DNA of 64,000 bases from Toensbergia leucococca (lineage: Eukaryota). A program made the position numbers and the translations under genes. This document shows positions 13,275 through 27,084 of this stretch, piece by piece. The first letter of the stretch is position 1. Each line of letters begins with the position of its first letter. A model generated the notes under the pieces. The model saw only the letters and a list, made by a program, of their open reading frames with translations. It had not been told where the DNA came from and did not search any database. The stretch is from assembly GCA_022813965.1 (NCBI GenBank), contig JALDZS010000136.1, positions 1 through 64,000 of the forward strand, given 5' to 3'.

Positions 13275-14138
13275 GGTCTTCTTTGGCCGTTTGGTAGAAA
13301 ATAGAGGCTTCGTTTTTCGGGAATCTGCTGATATGACAAAAGGCGAAGCAAAGTCCCAAATAAAACATGAAAGGCTAGCCACAATATGGCTCACTTTGTT
13401 GTAAAGCTCCTTCCTCCTCATGTAAATACAGATGAGCTTCGGAACACCTTTGTCAGCTAAGTTGAAGATGAATTAATTAATAGACTGCAGAGAAGGAAAG
13501 ATGTCCTTCCACCACTTCTGGCTGCTAACACTCCAGATTGTTGGCACCCTCGGAATCTTCTGGCCTCGGAGAATTTGGAAAGGTACAGGATATCACTCCA
13601 GTGAATTCTGCGCCTTTCCATCAACATAGTTGACCTTCACGTGTACCTGGTCAGCCTACTACTTTCTCTCAGGCTCTCTCTCTCAATATTCGGCTTATCA
13701 CAGAACAGTTTATCGAGCATATGGATCTCCGGTCACTGGTGTTAGCGCTTCCACTAATAAGTCTGTTTCTCTTTTCTCTTCCACGAAACTGCATCGTCGT
13801 TGTTGAAAAAGAAGTTGCGGTCGAGGGGTAGTTCTAGAATACAGAGTCTGGAATAAAGCTTGGCGTCGCCCACTTCACTCACTCACTCACTTCAAGCTTG
13901 CGCACACGCTCCAGCTCACTCTCACTTCCCGGGAAATTTTCACGGCGCCATGCGCATGCTGACCATGTGCAGACCTTGAATCACATACTCCAAAGAGCCG
14001 TTGGAGCTCTTCTATTTGCCTTCGCTTTCTGTGCCGTATGTGCTGCTGCTACCTCAAGCTCTCAACTCGCAGAATCTCTTCCAAGAGAACAATCCGGCCA
14101 CAAGCCTGCGACACGGCCTTTACAAACAAGTCGTCAAC

Positions 14139-16532
14139 ATGGCAAACACTTTGGACGGTATTGGGGAAGACTTGCCAGTTGATCCAGATGCTCAAGCTAC
14201 CATTACCGATTTTCTTGACTACACTGAATACCTTCCATCCGACCTTACCAGGTCTTTGACTCTCATTGGGAAGCTCGACGAGTCATATCTCAATTTTTCC
14301 AACAAAGTCCACGAGCTGACCAAAGCCTACGGATCTTTACCCGCTATCCCCGCAAATAAACGCAAGAACTCTCAACACTTGCGCTACCTGATCTCTCACG
14401 ATCTTGAACATGCGATCAATGCTCGCGAATCCTCTTATGCTGAAGCTACGCGTCTTTACGACGTAGTGGATCGCCACTACAATCGATTGACAAGTATCAT
14501 ATCAAAGCTGCATGCATTGCCCAAGCCACCATCTCGCGACCCTACACCAGCACCCCAAGCAAGTTCACCGCAGGCAAGTCGTGCAAGACCTGGGTTGAAG
14601 GGGGAAACAGATAGAACACCTCCTCCGCGCATCACTCTCCGACTTGATGGCCCGCGATCCGTGTTTCCTCCTGGCCGCGCCTCGGCTACTGCTCCTAGAC
14701 TTCGATACCGAAGTCGGAAGGTGACAGTGCCCGGCGAAGTCTTACCGCCTCCGAATCCTGATTCTCCACCTCCAATTACAGACTCGGAGTGGGAGTCCAT
14801 ACCGCCCTCGCCGATACCTATGCCTACCTCAAGGGTTGGATTACCTGCTCGAAGTAGATCAAGCAAGCCAGGGCGTGTAAGACTTCCCAAAGTACCCAAG
14901 CCACATCGAACGAAGATTCCAAAGGTGCCTCGGCCCCCAAGACCACCTGGTGCGATGGGTACCAACGTTCACAGCGCTGTGGCTGGCATATCTACTAGTA
15001 ATGCTCTCTCACTCCTGAGCCCACCCCCTCCAGATGCCAAGCCAGGTAGTGAACATGCACCCTGGATGCGTCTGACAGAATGGGAGATGGCCAAGCTAAG
15101 GAAGAGGATGAAGAAAAATGCGATATGGACACCCAGTGAGACGATGATCAGGCGCGAGCTCTCTGACGCTGGTCGAGGTCCTGAAAACTACCGCATGACA
15201 AAGGCAAAATGTGATGCAACTGGCGAAAAGTTTGTTGATGACGACAACATTGCCACTACAGCACCGGGGAAGCAACTTGTTCCGGGCGAGATTAGTGCAG
15301 ATTCATTGGGTCTTGGAGAGATACAGCTCAGTAACAGAGGCATGAAGCTTAACGAGGCTAAGAAATTGAAAAGGGAAATCTTGGCGCGGGAGCAAGCTGC
15401 ATTAGCAGCTGCGGAGGCAGAACAAGCGGCGAAAAGGTTGGGTGATATTGGAAGTACCTTTAAGAGTTTATTCAACCAGCATGTTGACGAATTTAGCGAA
15501 ATTAGTACCAACGTTGGTCAGACAAATGGAAAGGAAGCTGCCAAGGCCAAGGAGCAAGAGAAAGAGAAAGATAAAGAGGTCTCTAAAACGTCTGCTAAGA
15601 AACGAAAGCGAGATGCTACCCCCAAGGACGAGGAGACACAGGCACAAACCGAAAACGCTGCTGCATCCGCCAAACCTACTCCGAAAAAGCGTAAGACAGT
15701 TCCGTCCCAGCCAGCAGTCCCTCTAACCATAACTACTACTACAAGTACGATTGTCCCTCTTGCCGCTGCTGCACCTTCGCCCCCTAGAGCAACCACACCG
15801 ACTCAAATTCCACCTCCTACCACTGCAACAAAAAAGACTACCACCACATCAACACGTCCCCGTCGCGCTTCTATCACGCTCAAAGGTCCAGCTCCTATAC
15901 CAACGCCCGCCAAGACTCCATCCCGTCCAGCATCGCGCTCCGTTTCGCGGCGGGCTTCTGCAGGTCCGCCAGAGACAACAGGTCGTGAACGCCTCCGACG
16001 AAAGAGTACGACTCCGGCTCCGGCTGCGACTCCCATCTTGACTGCTGCCAGCACGCGAAGCAAACGCCCTGCTCCAGGACCAGTGACTAGCAGTCAAGAC
16101 GGTGGTGCAGCAGTGAGTGTCGGAAGGCGACAGAATGCGCCCAGAAAACGCGGCACTGCGGCTGCTGCAAACGCGAAGAAAGCAGCCGAAGGAGCAGCTA
16201 ACGCGAGGGAGAGAGAAGAACAGATCAAGGCAGAGGAGGAAGCTGCAGGTGAAGAGATTGATCCGGATGAACCGAGATACTGTGTTTGTGGAGATGTGAG
16301 CTTTGGAACTATGATATGCTGTGAGAACTCGGAAGTGAGTACCGTCAAGATTTTCTTCAGCCCATTCAAGTATCATCTGTCATTGGACTGCACAAGATGG
16401 CTAATGCATGACATGACTTTGTAGTGCGAACGCGAGTGGTTTCACCTCGATTGCGTAGGTTTGCAGGAGCCGCCTGGCAGGAGGACAAAATGGTATTGCC
16501 CCGACTGCAAGACCAAACTCGGAAAGAAGTGA
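14139..16532 (+). CDS. ING-family chromatin protein (N-terminal ING helical domain, C-terminal PHD finger), intron 16335-16424
   Basis: [24 protein letters not shown] (ING-N). [53 protein letters not shown]. Confidence 0.88.
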
Positions 16533-18460
16533 TGTCTTTGATTTACACGGGGGTTTCGATGGAAAGGTGATGGACTGCGTTCATGAATTAAGGGGGACTG
16601 GGTTATTTCCGCAATGATGTTGGTATTCTTTCTCCTTCTTGATGTGGCCGTATGAACTCCAGTGAGGCCTGAAGCAGAATAGCTCAATGGTGGCCTACAT
16701 ACGCGCTTGAGACGACTGCTATGCTACGATATTGCTACTATTACCTTGTGTATTTTGAGCAAATGATGTGATAAGGATTTGTAGTTTCAATGAATGTAAA
16801 AACCTGTTGGTAAATGCATGAATTTGTTGGTCAGGACAGATCTAAAAGGACTCTAGATTATGTATAGAAAGTCACGAGTCTTTGAAAAGGCTGTTGATGG
16901 TAGCCAAGGATATTGATGCAGGCAGTTTTCATACAGTATGGATCAAAAATCTGCAGTCTAGCAAATTTACTCGTCAAGATCAGTGGGTAGGTACTGTCAA
17001 GGAATATCATAATTAGCAACAGGTGTGTCATGCACAAATTGAAGAAAGAGAGGCTTCAAGAACGGCTGTTATGGTAATTGACTGGCTACGTATTCTACTT
17101 GGGAAGATTAGCGAGCGTTTACTCTATGACCTCAGGCTCTTGTGCTCTTGTGGCAGGAGGGCGTGTCATCAAGCTCAACGCAAGGCGCTTCTGGATGTTC
17201 ACGTGTGGCAAGTAGAATATCAGATGGTCAAATCAGTTTGCAAGATTCCGAGGAGTGCTTGTCGGATATATCATTGGTGCATAGAAAATCTAGTGCGTCA
17301 GTATCCGTACAGTAGCCGACCAGATCTAGACCTCGAGCGTTCGTCGGGTGGTCAGCTAAAATGGGAGAATGGCCACATGGAAATTGGACCAAAAACAGCA
17401 GAACACAACAGTCTCGATTATCAAGGTCAGACAAGAAGCGTATGAAATCGTTGGAGGAACAATTGGTCACATACATGGCCGACCGTATCATCGAGCATGA
17501 TCAAGCTACAGTAGTGTGGTTCTCTATATGTGCGATCGAGGGATGGCTGATTGTGCAATTTATCGAAATCAGGGCAAACGCAATCTTACCTTGAGGGAAC
17601 TAGCACTAGTTCCAAGTAGGTAAGGTAGGTAGTTCTAGGTATTTTGGCACTATTGGAGGCGGCGCTAGTCATGCAAGGTACGTGTAGCCGTGCAGGTACC
17701 AGGGGACGCCCTTCTCCTTCTTTTTCTCTTTTTCCTCAACGTTGCCACGGTACAGCGTCAACCTGCCTCTCCTCCTCCTGTTTCGATGGTGATATGAGAA
17801 CAACTGCAGTGCGGCGCGCATGCACTGTGCAAGGAGGGGAATACAGACACTGACACCGGAACCGCTCTCAGTAACACTTACCAACACAATTTCTCGGGAA
17901 TACATGGCAACCACAACAAATACACTCAAAAATAACATCAACAGCAATACAGTCATTATAATCTCAATCTCCTGCGACATTGCCTTTATCGCATTCCTTG
18001 GCCTCGCCGCGACCATGCTCATCTGATAGATCGGTACCATCCATGTCTTTTCACTTTACAAACTCCAACTGATCCTGATTGCCTTTAGCTTTGAAAGCAT
18101 ATTTACTTTGCCGGTCGCTCGACCGACATCCACTCCTTTAAACAACTAAGAACTCACCCAAACGCCATCGAAGCTGAACTTCGGTCGCAAACTGCCAAAA
18201 CGTCCGCGCGAAGACGTCCAATCACTCATTTGAAAACACACAACCTCAGTCATTACAGAGCACTGTTCTACTGGCTCAGAACCCTGCTATCATCATCGAT
18301 ATCAACACACGTCATCCAATACCAATTATCGCTCCTTGCAGGAGCTACGATTCATTATCAAAAACGACATCATTAGTATAAGCTCAATTGCTAGTCACAC
18401 ATATCTCAACCTATTGTCGGTCCACTAGAGTAAACCAAGGGCCCGAGGGCCCAGCATTCA

Positions 18461-20658
18461 ATGGAGCATGCCTCGAAGAGACGAAGAGTAACACGGGAAG
18501 GAGGTCGATCAGATGGGATTGGCATTCGACTGAGCAAAGGCGAAAATACAACGGCTAGCAATGACAATATGGCCACAGTCGGACACTACAGGAGCAACAA
18601 GCCTTTACTCGGCGTGGAGGCACGTGCTGGAGAGCGAGACCGTTCAAAGGCTTCATCGATCCCCTCAAAGACCTTTGAGCAACCACTTGAGGCGTCGATA
18701 CCATCGCAGAGCACCTATCTCAGACTTCATCCACGAGACATAGTGCCTAGCCGCGTCGAACATCACATCGAAGCAGAGGAGACGGTTGTTTCCTCAATCA
18801 TTCAAGTCATTATCGATGATGGGCCCAGCACTTTTGCTGAAGTGACTCTTCCCTCAGGACCCACCGTCGTGTCTCTCTCAGAATATGGGCCTTTTACCAT
18901 TATTCCTGCTCAGCTATCTTCATCATATCCACAACCGACCACCCCTGGGGTTCCTGCGTACCCCTCAGCTACCACAGCGCAAGCTACGCCAGGACCGCAG
19001 ACTGCTACGAAGGCCTCTTCAAGTAGTACTACTACGGCAGCACCGTCCAGCGAGTCTCAAAATTCGGCCCCGCAACCTAGTCCAAGTTCATTATCTATCA
19101 ATGTGTCAGGGTCTTCCTCTCAAGCAGTGCTTTCGTCACCGCCTTCAACGCCTCTGCCATCAAGCTCCTCCATGTCATTGCCCACGTGGTCCAGCTCCAT
19201 GACATCTTATTTCAATACACCCCCAACCCCATCTTCAGCGCCGAGCTTGACTGAAACGTTGCCTCCTCCCCCAGCTACTTCGGCAAACTCGCAACCAACA
19301 AACGTTCAAGTCTTCTCGTATCTACCTGCAAGTGGAAATTTCAGCCTTACTAGTAAGTCACTTCTTCTGCCTAAATTCACACCCACTTACATGGTCATTT
19401 AGCAATCACACATTCAAGGACAAGCGCTTCACTCACCGAAACGAGCTCTCTTGACTATGGCACGTTCAAGTCAAATTCTACTCAATCTGCGACGTCAACA
19501 ACACTAAAGTCATCTTCCTCGTTTCTTCCCATCATTACGACATCCTCTTTCTCGTCACGCTCAAGTCAAAGCGTCACCGCTCATTCAACGACTTCGACCA
19601 GCCAATTTACCTCATCACATACCACGCAGACTCCATCCACATCTTCTCAGCCTTCTGTTGCATCTAACTCTTCAACGACAGCATTATCCTCAAGCCTCAG
19701 TAGTAGTCCTTCTACCACTCTGCCTGGGGCTGGTGGCGCTCAGAATCCAAGTGGTTCAAGCAGTAGCAGTGCGGCGCCTTCCTCGACAGCTGGATCTGGC
19801 ACAGGAACGGGTGGGAGTAATACAACCTCTACGCCAGCGGTCGTCGGTGGTGTTGTCGGTGGTGTGGCTGGCCTAGCCATCATTCTTATAGTTCTCCTAT
19901 TTCTATATCGCTGGCGGAGGAAACGGATACAAAACAGACAGATCTCTGGAGCTGGTGCTGGTGCTGGAATAATGCCACCTGGCTCCGCGCAATCCGGTGG
20001 CGCTATGACAGCACGATCAAGTGCAGTCCCGTTGACTGCAGCAGCTTTCTTCAAAAGATTTCGACCTCATTCTGGCCAAACGACAGCAGCCACGACAGAG
20101 ACAAGTCCAAGTGAGGTTGGCTTCCAGAATCTTGGTGGCAGGAAGATTGAGTCAGTATTGCTAAGTGGTGGCGATGGATATGGGGGATCGATTCCTGGTG
20201 CGCCGGGTCCAAGTGCGCCAGGTCCAAGCAACAGAGAGACCCGTGCAGGCACATCCTTCTATCGCGACTCCGAGGGATCCTACGGCGGTGCTGCCTCAAA
20301 TCCAGCTTCAATGTACGTGGGTCCTGGCTCTCCTCAGCCAGCCTCACCGACCTACGCTAGTCCTGCAGGGTCGGGTGTTCCCCCCGGTCTTCACCCAGAA
20401 GATGCTGCTGCAGGTGGAAGGAGCAGGGAAGTGGCTATCATGAGACCTGGTCCAGCCCGCACACCAGTCCAAAGTCAAGCTGGCTTTTCTCCATTCTCAG
20501 GTCCACGGCCCGTCCCACCCCGTTCGATGGGCACGCCTCCGCCTCCGCCTCGAGCTACACCCTCTCCTGGGCCCGGGTACTCAACCGACGGGGTCGGCCG
20601 CAGCCACCCCAGCTTCGACGGCTCGCGAGGTTCAAGATTTCATGAAGACGTGGGATGA
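18461..20658 (+). CDS. Ser/Thr-rich single-pass membrane protein (mucin/cell-surface-sensor-like), intron 19353-19402
   Basis: Long S/T/P-rich region, transmembrane segment PAVVGGVVGGVAGLAIILIVLLFLY followed by RWRRKR, and a Pro/Gly-rich cytoplasmic tail. The intron joins the two ORFs in frame. The start codon is uncertain. Confidence 0.75.
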
Positions 20659-20929
20659 GCTGCGGAGAAGGTTGTCGGCACTTTTTAGATTTGACTTCTC
20701 TGTCCATATTACATTATATCCGGAACTCGGAGTCCCTTACCTCTGGTGCAACGGTCGGGATAATCTGCCGGAGTCTTTACCAAATTTTCCAGCACATCCG
20801 CGCTGGGCTTGATAAATTCTCGGAAATTTCCCCCTTGTCGAATCTCGTAGAAACCATCGGTTTTTTTATCCATCAGCGCTTGTCATCCGCGTTTCAGCAG
20901 GTCTGTCGCGCTGCATGTTTCTAGCATGA

Positions 20930-22090
20930 GGATTTATTTTTTCGGGTTCTTTCAGGGATTAGTTTTTTTTTCTCTCTTGCATCAGCGAGCTTGGTTGGCT
21001 ATGTCACTTTACTAAATTATGTGGCTCCTCGTCTTTTCTTTCGGGAGGGGGTGGGGGGGATATGGACGAGATGATTTTTAATTTATAATTTTGCGTGAGT
21101 TGATGATGAAGAGCGGCGGAGTGGAGGGGGGGGGGACGTTATGTATCTAATTTAATTTAGAAGAAGGGGAAGAATGATTTGATTTGGTTTTGCATCTGAT
21201 TTTGAGTGAGGTGTGCGGTGCGCCTGTGATTGTGTAGGAGCGGTGTTATGGTCGGGTATGTTTTTCTTCTTGGGGGGTGTGTGTGGGGTGTTTGGGGGGG
21301 GGTGATGAGGTATCAGGAGTCAGCAGTGGGGAGTTGAAGAGTTGGGAAGTGTCGGGGGGTTTTGAGGTTTCTAAGCCTCCTATTTCTTTTGCCGAAGGAG
21401 AAGAAGGAGAAAGTTGGGGGACTGCGCTGAATTCACCCACCCTGGTTTCTCTCTCTTTCTTTCTCTGGCGGGAAAATAACAAAGAGGTAGAATACGTTGG
21501 TTATGTTTTTTGATTGGTAGTGGAGCATTTGCAAAAAGGGGGGGGTGTCGAGGGATGGATGGGGGGGCGCGGAGGGCGGGGGGAAGGGGGGGGGAATATA
21601 GAGTGGAGTGTGGAGTGGAGTGTTGGAGTGTAACGAAATAAATCACAGGCTTTTTTCGAGTGGGAGGGAAAAAAAAGGACATTTTTTGTAAAGAGCAGCT
21701 GTTATGAAAAATATCTACAGATTTAAAAAAAAAAAAGGGAGAGAGAGGAAAGGAAAAAATTGAGGTGAAAATCTGTAAATTTGTTCTCATAAAGATCATC
21801 ACGTCATCCTATCACGGCTTTCCACTGGCAACTGTTGCCTCGCGGCTACTAAAGTTCACTGAAAAGTCGGTGATAAAGAGCTTGTTATAGAGGAGGTTAT
21901 GGGGGAAACCGTCAACAGCCATCCCCATCATAAAAATTCTCATATCAAAAAAGCCACCCCCCCCCCAAAAAAAGTCATACAACGCCGGCTCAAGCTAGGG
22001 GGTATCAGATTTCCACCGCACACCACGCACGCCATTTCCCTCACATGCCAACCCAGTATAGAGGAGAACAAAAGTGAAAAAACCCCAACC
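20930..22090. repeat. Low-complexity homopolymer-rich island between convergent genes
   Basis: Many G7-G10, T-run and A-run tracts. G-rich on + in the left part, C/A-rich on + near the 3' end of the downstream minus-strand gene. Confidence 0.7.
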
Positions 22091-22093
22091 AAC

Positions 22094-24421
22094 TCATCCT
22101 CCCCTTACCCTCCCATCCTCCTTCACCCACTCCTCAATCCTCGCCCCCACATCCGCAACCAACCCCTCATAATGCTCCCCCACAAAAAACAACCCGCAAT
22201 GCGCACCCACTTCATCTACACCAACCATGTATACCCTCACCCAGCACGGATCAAGCCTGCCGTTGACTTTGGGGGGAAGCATACAAAATTTCTTATCACG
22301 TTTTGGTTTTTCGGCTTTGAGATCTTTGGGTGGTGCCGAGACGTCTTTGATATTAGTGGTGGAGCTTTCTACGGATTCGGCTTTCGGGTTCGAGGAAGTA
22401 CGTGAGCTTTCCAGGCTGTGAAGGCGCTTGACTTCTTCTTTCTCCGCTTTGACTCTTTCTTTTTCATCGAGTTTGATCTGCTTTTCACGAGCTAGTCTTG
22501 CGTTCTTTTCTCGTTTTTCGAGTAGTTTGCGGCGATCTTTGATGGCCCCGTCGCGGTCTTTGATGGCGCGTTGGTAGGCTTTCAACAGGCGGGAATAATC
22601 CTTCTCGGCGAGTTTCCGGGTATCTTTGTCGGGGTACTTTGATGGCTCGAAGGGTGAGGGTTCTGTAGGTTCGGGTGGAATTGGGGGGAGAGAAGGAGAT
22701 TTTTGGAGGGTTGGTGAGATTACGGAGGGGGTTGAGGGAACTGTTGCTAGCGTTGATGTAGAGGTTGACACGGTCTCTAGGGATGCTTCATCTTTGCCAG
22801 CATTTCGGTCCTCAACTACTCCTTGATCCTCGTCATCTGAGATAGGAGAAGGATCCATATGATTCATTCCCTGGCTCACGTCAGATATTGCGCCATCGTC
22901 ACTGGTGAAATCATGACCTGTCTCAGGGTGTGGCTCGTCTGGGTTTTGAGGGTCCTTGGATACTACGCCCCATTCTTTGTATTCCTCGACGAAGATTTGC
23001 GGACTCTTAGGTGGAGATTGATTGCTGGGACTAGACACATTTATTTCCTGCAGCTCTTGTCCGATACTTTCGTCAGTAATTAATAATTTTGAGCTTTGGC
23101 CTTCATGTCCGTAAGGTAAATCGGACTTTTCGAGCTTTTCCTTACTAGGTCGGCCTGTGCTTGCAGTATAGTAGTTGGCAAATCTGATTCTTCTTGTTGG
23201 CTGACTCGACCGACTTCTATCCTTGCGGAGCTGGTCAACGTCCTCTAGGGCTCTTATTCTTGAATATCGGCTCTGCAATCCTTTATAATCAGCCATGCAT
23301 CCACCAAACTCTAGATGCGAAGTCACATAGGACTTTGTAGCTTGGGTTAGACCATCGGAGTGCTTCATGATAAAGTGGAAAGCGTTATTCCAACCTGTAC
23401 GTGTCGGCACTCCCATATCGTTAGGAAATGGAGGGTTGTAATTCGGATCATTTGTTGGAGAAGCTAGAGAACTGGAAACGGGTTGTATAGAAGTCAGACT
23501 AGACGATCCATAAGTTGCTAAAGGAGAGGTGGCAGTGGAGTCTGAGCGCCCGGATTGGGCTGAAGACTGGGATTCCACTAGATGTAGCGAAGAAGTAGCC
23601 GGAATAGAAGCTGGTTCTTGGCCGTCAATATACGGCATTGGCCTGGACTCATAGTCTTTGCTATAAGTAGTAGCGGCTTTTGTCCCAGCTGGATCTGGTG
23701 CAGGTCTGAAAAGACTACCGATCCCACTGACCACAACGCCTGGGTGCATCCCAAGGAACGGAGTATCAAAATTGATAGTACCTAGTATGTGATGTCGAAA
23801 AGGGTCCGTATCAGTCGGTACTTCTGGAGAAACTAGGGCCACTTCAGCGGACAGCAATCCTCCCATGCTATGTCCGAGAAGAATGACATCTGTATCTAGC
23901 GACTCGTGCGGGCTGAGCCTATACGAATATTAGCTCGAGTGCTGTGAGACATCATGGCCGTCCCCGTACCAAGTACCGAAGTCATCCCTAACATATTCAA
24001 TAGCCTTTCTGGATTTATACTTTGGGTAGATCTTGGTATGAACGACATGCGTATCCGCCAGAGTCACAGAGACTAGATTATGTACATGTGCTGGAAAGCT
24101 CTGGAAGCTTGTCTCGTTGCCCATAAAGCCATGTACAAAAACCAACAACAGAGTTCTCTTGCCATGCTCGCCGGAGTCTTCAGGTACCAAGGACTGCGTG
24201 GAGGAGGACCTCGGATCTTGGGCGGCCCAAGAATGGGTCAATGGCTGGGAGTGGTATTCAGGAGGAGTTTCTTCGTATACTGGAGGTGGCTGCGAGGAGG
24301 AAGGTGGTTGTTCGCTTGCCTTTCGCGGAGGTAGGGGCGGAGGAATAGGAGAACGGCGGGGTGGAGGCACTCCTGGTCGATAAGTCTCGCCAGGAAAGGT
24401 TTGATCCTTTTGGTAGCCCAT
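22094..24421 (-). CDS. DUF676-like alpha/beta-hydrolase (putative serine esterase/lipase), intron 23919-23969
   Basis: LLLVFVHGFMGNETSF, spliced nucleophile elbow DVILLGHSMGG, INFDTPFLGMHPG, C-terminal DEVGAHCGLFF. Confidence 0.8.
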
Positions 24422-25058
24422 TTCTGGATCGAGTGAGGAGATGCATGGGTGATCAAGGTAAACTTCAGCGTCAGAGAATTTGTGACAGTTGAGGAAAAGT
24501 TTTCGATGGGAACCCTATGAGATACTCATGTGGTGATGTGCAGGTACGAGTATCCGTCAGGTATTCTAAGCTCGTGCATCCAATGGTCTCTACTTGCCTG
24601 ACGTCAGAAATAAAAATGCAGGCATCTGAAGGTCTGCATCTGCCAGATAGCATTCTCCAATGTGATGAAATCGATCAACCACGTCTACATGCATCAATGC
24701 CATGGATGCGAACAGCCTATGAGTACAGGTAGATATCCGAACCATGACCTGGCGCGTCTCACGACTCACTTCATAGACAGATGTGGCAATAGTCTTGATC
24801 TAAGGTCACTTGCACGTTGGAAGACTCAAATGCGCCTCATTTAGATGAGAGTGAAATGTGTGGTAAGATGTAGAAGAGGGGTATACATAAGTGCCAATAA
24901 CTCCTGAATACATGCTTGTACCTCTACTGTCTACTCTACTAAGACAACTTTAGTATGCCCAATAAGCAAAAATATATATCCTTAGATATTAGAACAAAAC
25001 GAGATTGTGTTTGGGGATGGAGATGAGAAATATTTCAAAAGCCGGCAGTCCTCATAAA

Positions 25059-27084
25059 TCAACCTGCACCACCGGCTTTCATGAATAACTTTTCCTTTTT
25101 CAGGAGCAATGAAAGTACCGTAACCAATGCCCCACCTGTGATTGCCAATATATACGCCTTGTCGAGACTACCGACGATGGCTTGCAGTACCTGGGCCTTC
25201 GTTTTAGCATCTAGACTGTTGAAGAAAGACGATCCTGCTCCACTGATGGTGGCCTGGATTGTCGTTTTCGGCACGTCGGGTAATATCTTGCTGATCTCGT
25301 TGGCTGACTGGTTGAGGAACACGCTGTTGGCAATAGCAAGCGCAATAGTACCACCGCCCACCTGTCCAGCGGTAATGAATCCAATGGAAAGCGGGATATC
25401 CTCCGGCTTAACTTTAGACTGAGCAACCGAGTATGACGCTTGAATGAATGCCCCTGCGCCTATGGCCAGCAGAATGCTATACCCGTAGATTCGACTGGTG
25501 CTGGAGTCCATATTGACCGTGAACATCAACGCGCCCCCAATGACTGAGAAGATACCTCCACCGAGATACCACGGGAAGTACCAACCAGTCGCACTCATCA
25601 CTCCTCCGTTCGCAACACACATGAATACCAAGAAGCAGACATACGGGAGTAAGCGGACGCCAGCTTCGAGGGCAGAGTCGTTGTGAACGAATTGGAAAAA
25701 CAGTGGAATGTAGTATATTGGGATAAAAGTGATGCTTGCGGCCGCTGCAACCGATGCAAATAGGATCAACATCGTCCTGGACTTGAGAAAGTCGATTGGG
25801 AAGATCCGGCGAGCTTTGGTCGTGAAAATAGTATATGTCTGCTGAGTGCCAAAGAGGATGAAAAGGACACCCGATGTTACGAAGAGACCAATGATCCGAC
25901 CACTGTTCCAGGGGTATACAATGCCTCCAAAGGATATTGCCATGACACCAGACGTCATGGCCCCAATAATCAAAATTGTTCCGACATAGTCAAGTTCGGC
26001 AAAACGACGTCGAATTGTCACACCTGAACGAGGATCAAACCGGGGCAACAGGAAAATATACACTGGCGCGAACGCTCCTCCCACACAGAGGTTGATATCT
26101 AGCATCATATAAGCTTCATTTATCGAAAAAGCGAAATATCGGGGTCTTACAGAAAGCCCATCGCCATGTAGCGTTACTGTCAGTAAAAGCGCCTCCAATG
26201 ATAGGGCCTAGTACAGTTCCCAGACCCCAGGTCACACCAGTCAAGCCAATATACATTGGTCTTTCATGCTCTGTAGTAGTCACAGAAAGCAGCGTCATCA
26301 CACCGCAGTACATGCCTATCAGAGGTTGTTGGTTAGTGAGTGACCTATCAAATTATGATGTTGCGAAACGCCTGAGACTTGCAAGATACGTTGATTAAGG
26401 AATCAATAAGTGCAGTACTTACCAGCACCGCCTACACCACAAAGAGCTCTGCCAAAGATGAGAACATCCATGGAATTGGCGGCTCCACATATAGCAGATC
26501 CGGCCTCGAACAGGAGGACGGTCAAGAGGTACAGGTACTTGGCGTCAAATTGAGCGTAGACCTTTCCCCTGGGAGGAGAGTCAGTCTAGATGATCAGGAA
26601 ATTGATTGTCTTCTGGGAGGACTGACCATATCAAGTTGGTTGAAGAAGCACCTAGTAAAAACGCAACTGATAACCATGGCAGCTTGGAAATGGCACCGAA
26701 TCGTTCAACAATTGCAGGCTGAACATCGGCAACAATGGTATTGTCAAGAGCGAATAAGAACGTTGATGAAAGAATGGAAAGAACGACTAGACCCCACACA
26801 ACGCCATTGACGTTTCGTGGAGGCTTCTGTGCCTCAACAGGTAGGGCGCCTTTCTCGGCGGAATCTTCCTCATCGAGAACAGAGGTTCCCGTTGAAGACA
26901 GTTTTTCTTCTGGACCAGCAGTGGGAGCGGACAAGAATTCAGATGTTGGGCGGCTGTCGGTCGTTTCGACGCCCAATTTCTCATCCCCAGCTACCCGATT
27001 GACATTTGCAGGCTCTGGTATGCTTGGTTTTCCAATGTTCTGTTTCTCGTCTGCCAAGACTCGATTATCACTAGGATCATCCAT
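25059..27084 (-). CDS. MFS drug:H+ antiporter (DHA2, 14-TM) efflux transporter; exons 27084-26627, 26568-26423, 26315-26151, 26098-25059
   Basis: [69 protein letters not shown] and many hydrophobic helices. Confidence 0.92.

Noticed and set aside
17023..18040. Several 68-140 aa ORFs between the ING and mucin-like genes
   Set aside because: No homology cues or consistent splice model. Treated as intergenic or 5' leader.
25059..27084. MFS pump as marker of a secondary-metabolite cluster
   Set aside because: No PKS, NRPS, terpene synthase or tailoring enzymes in the window.
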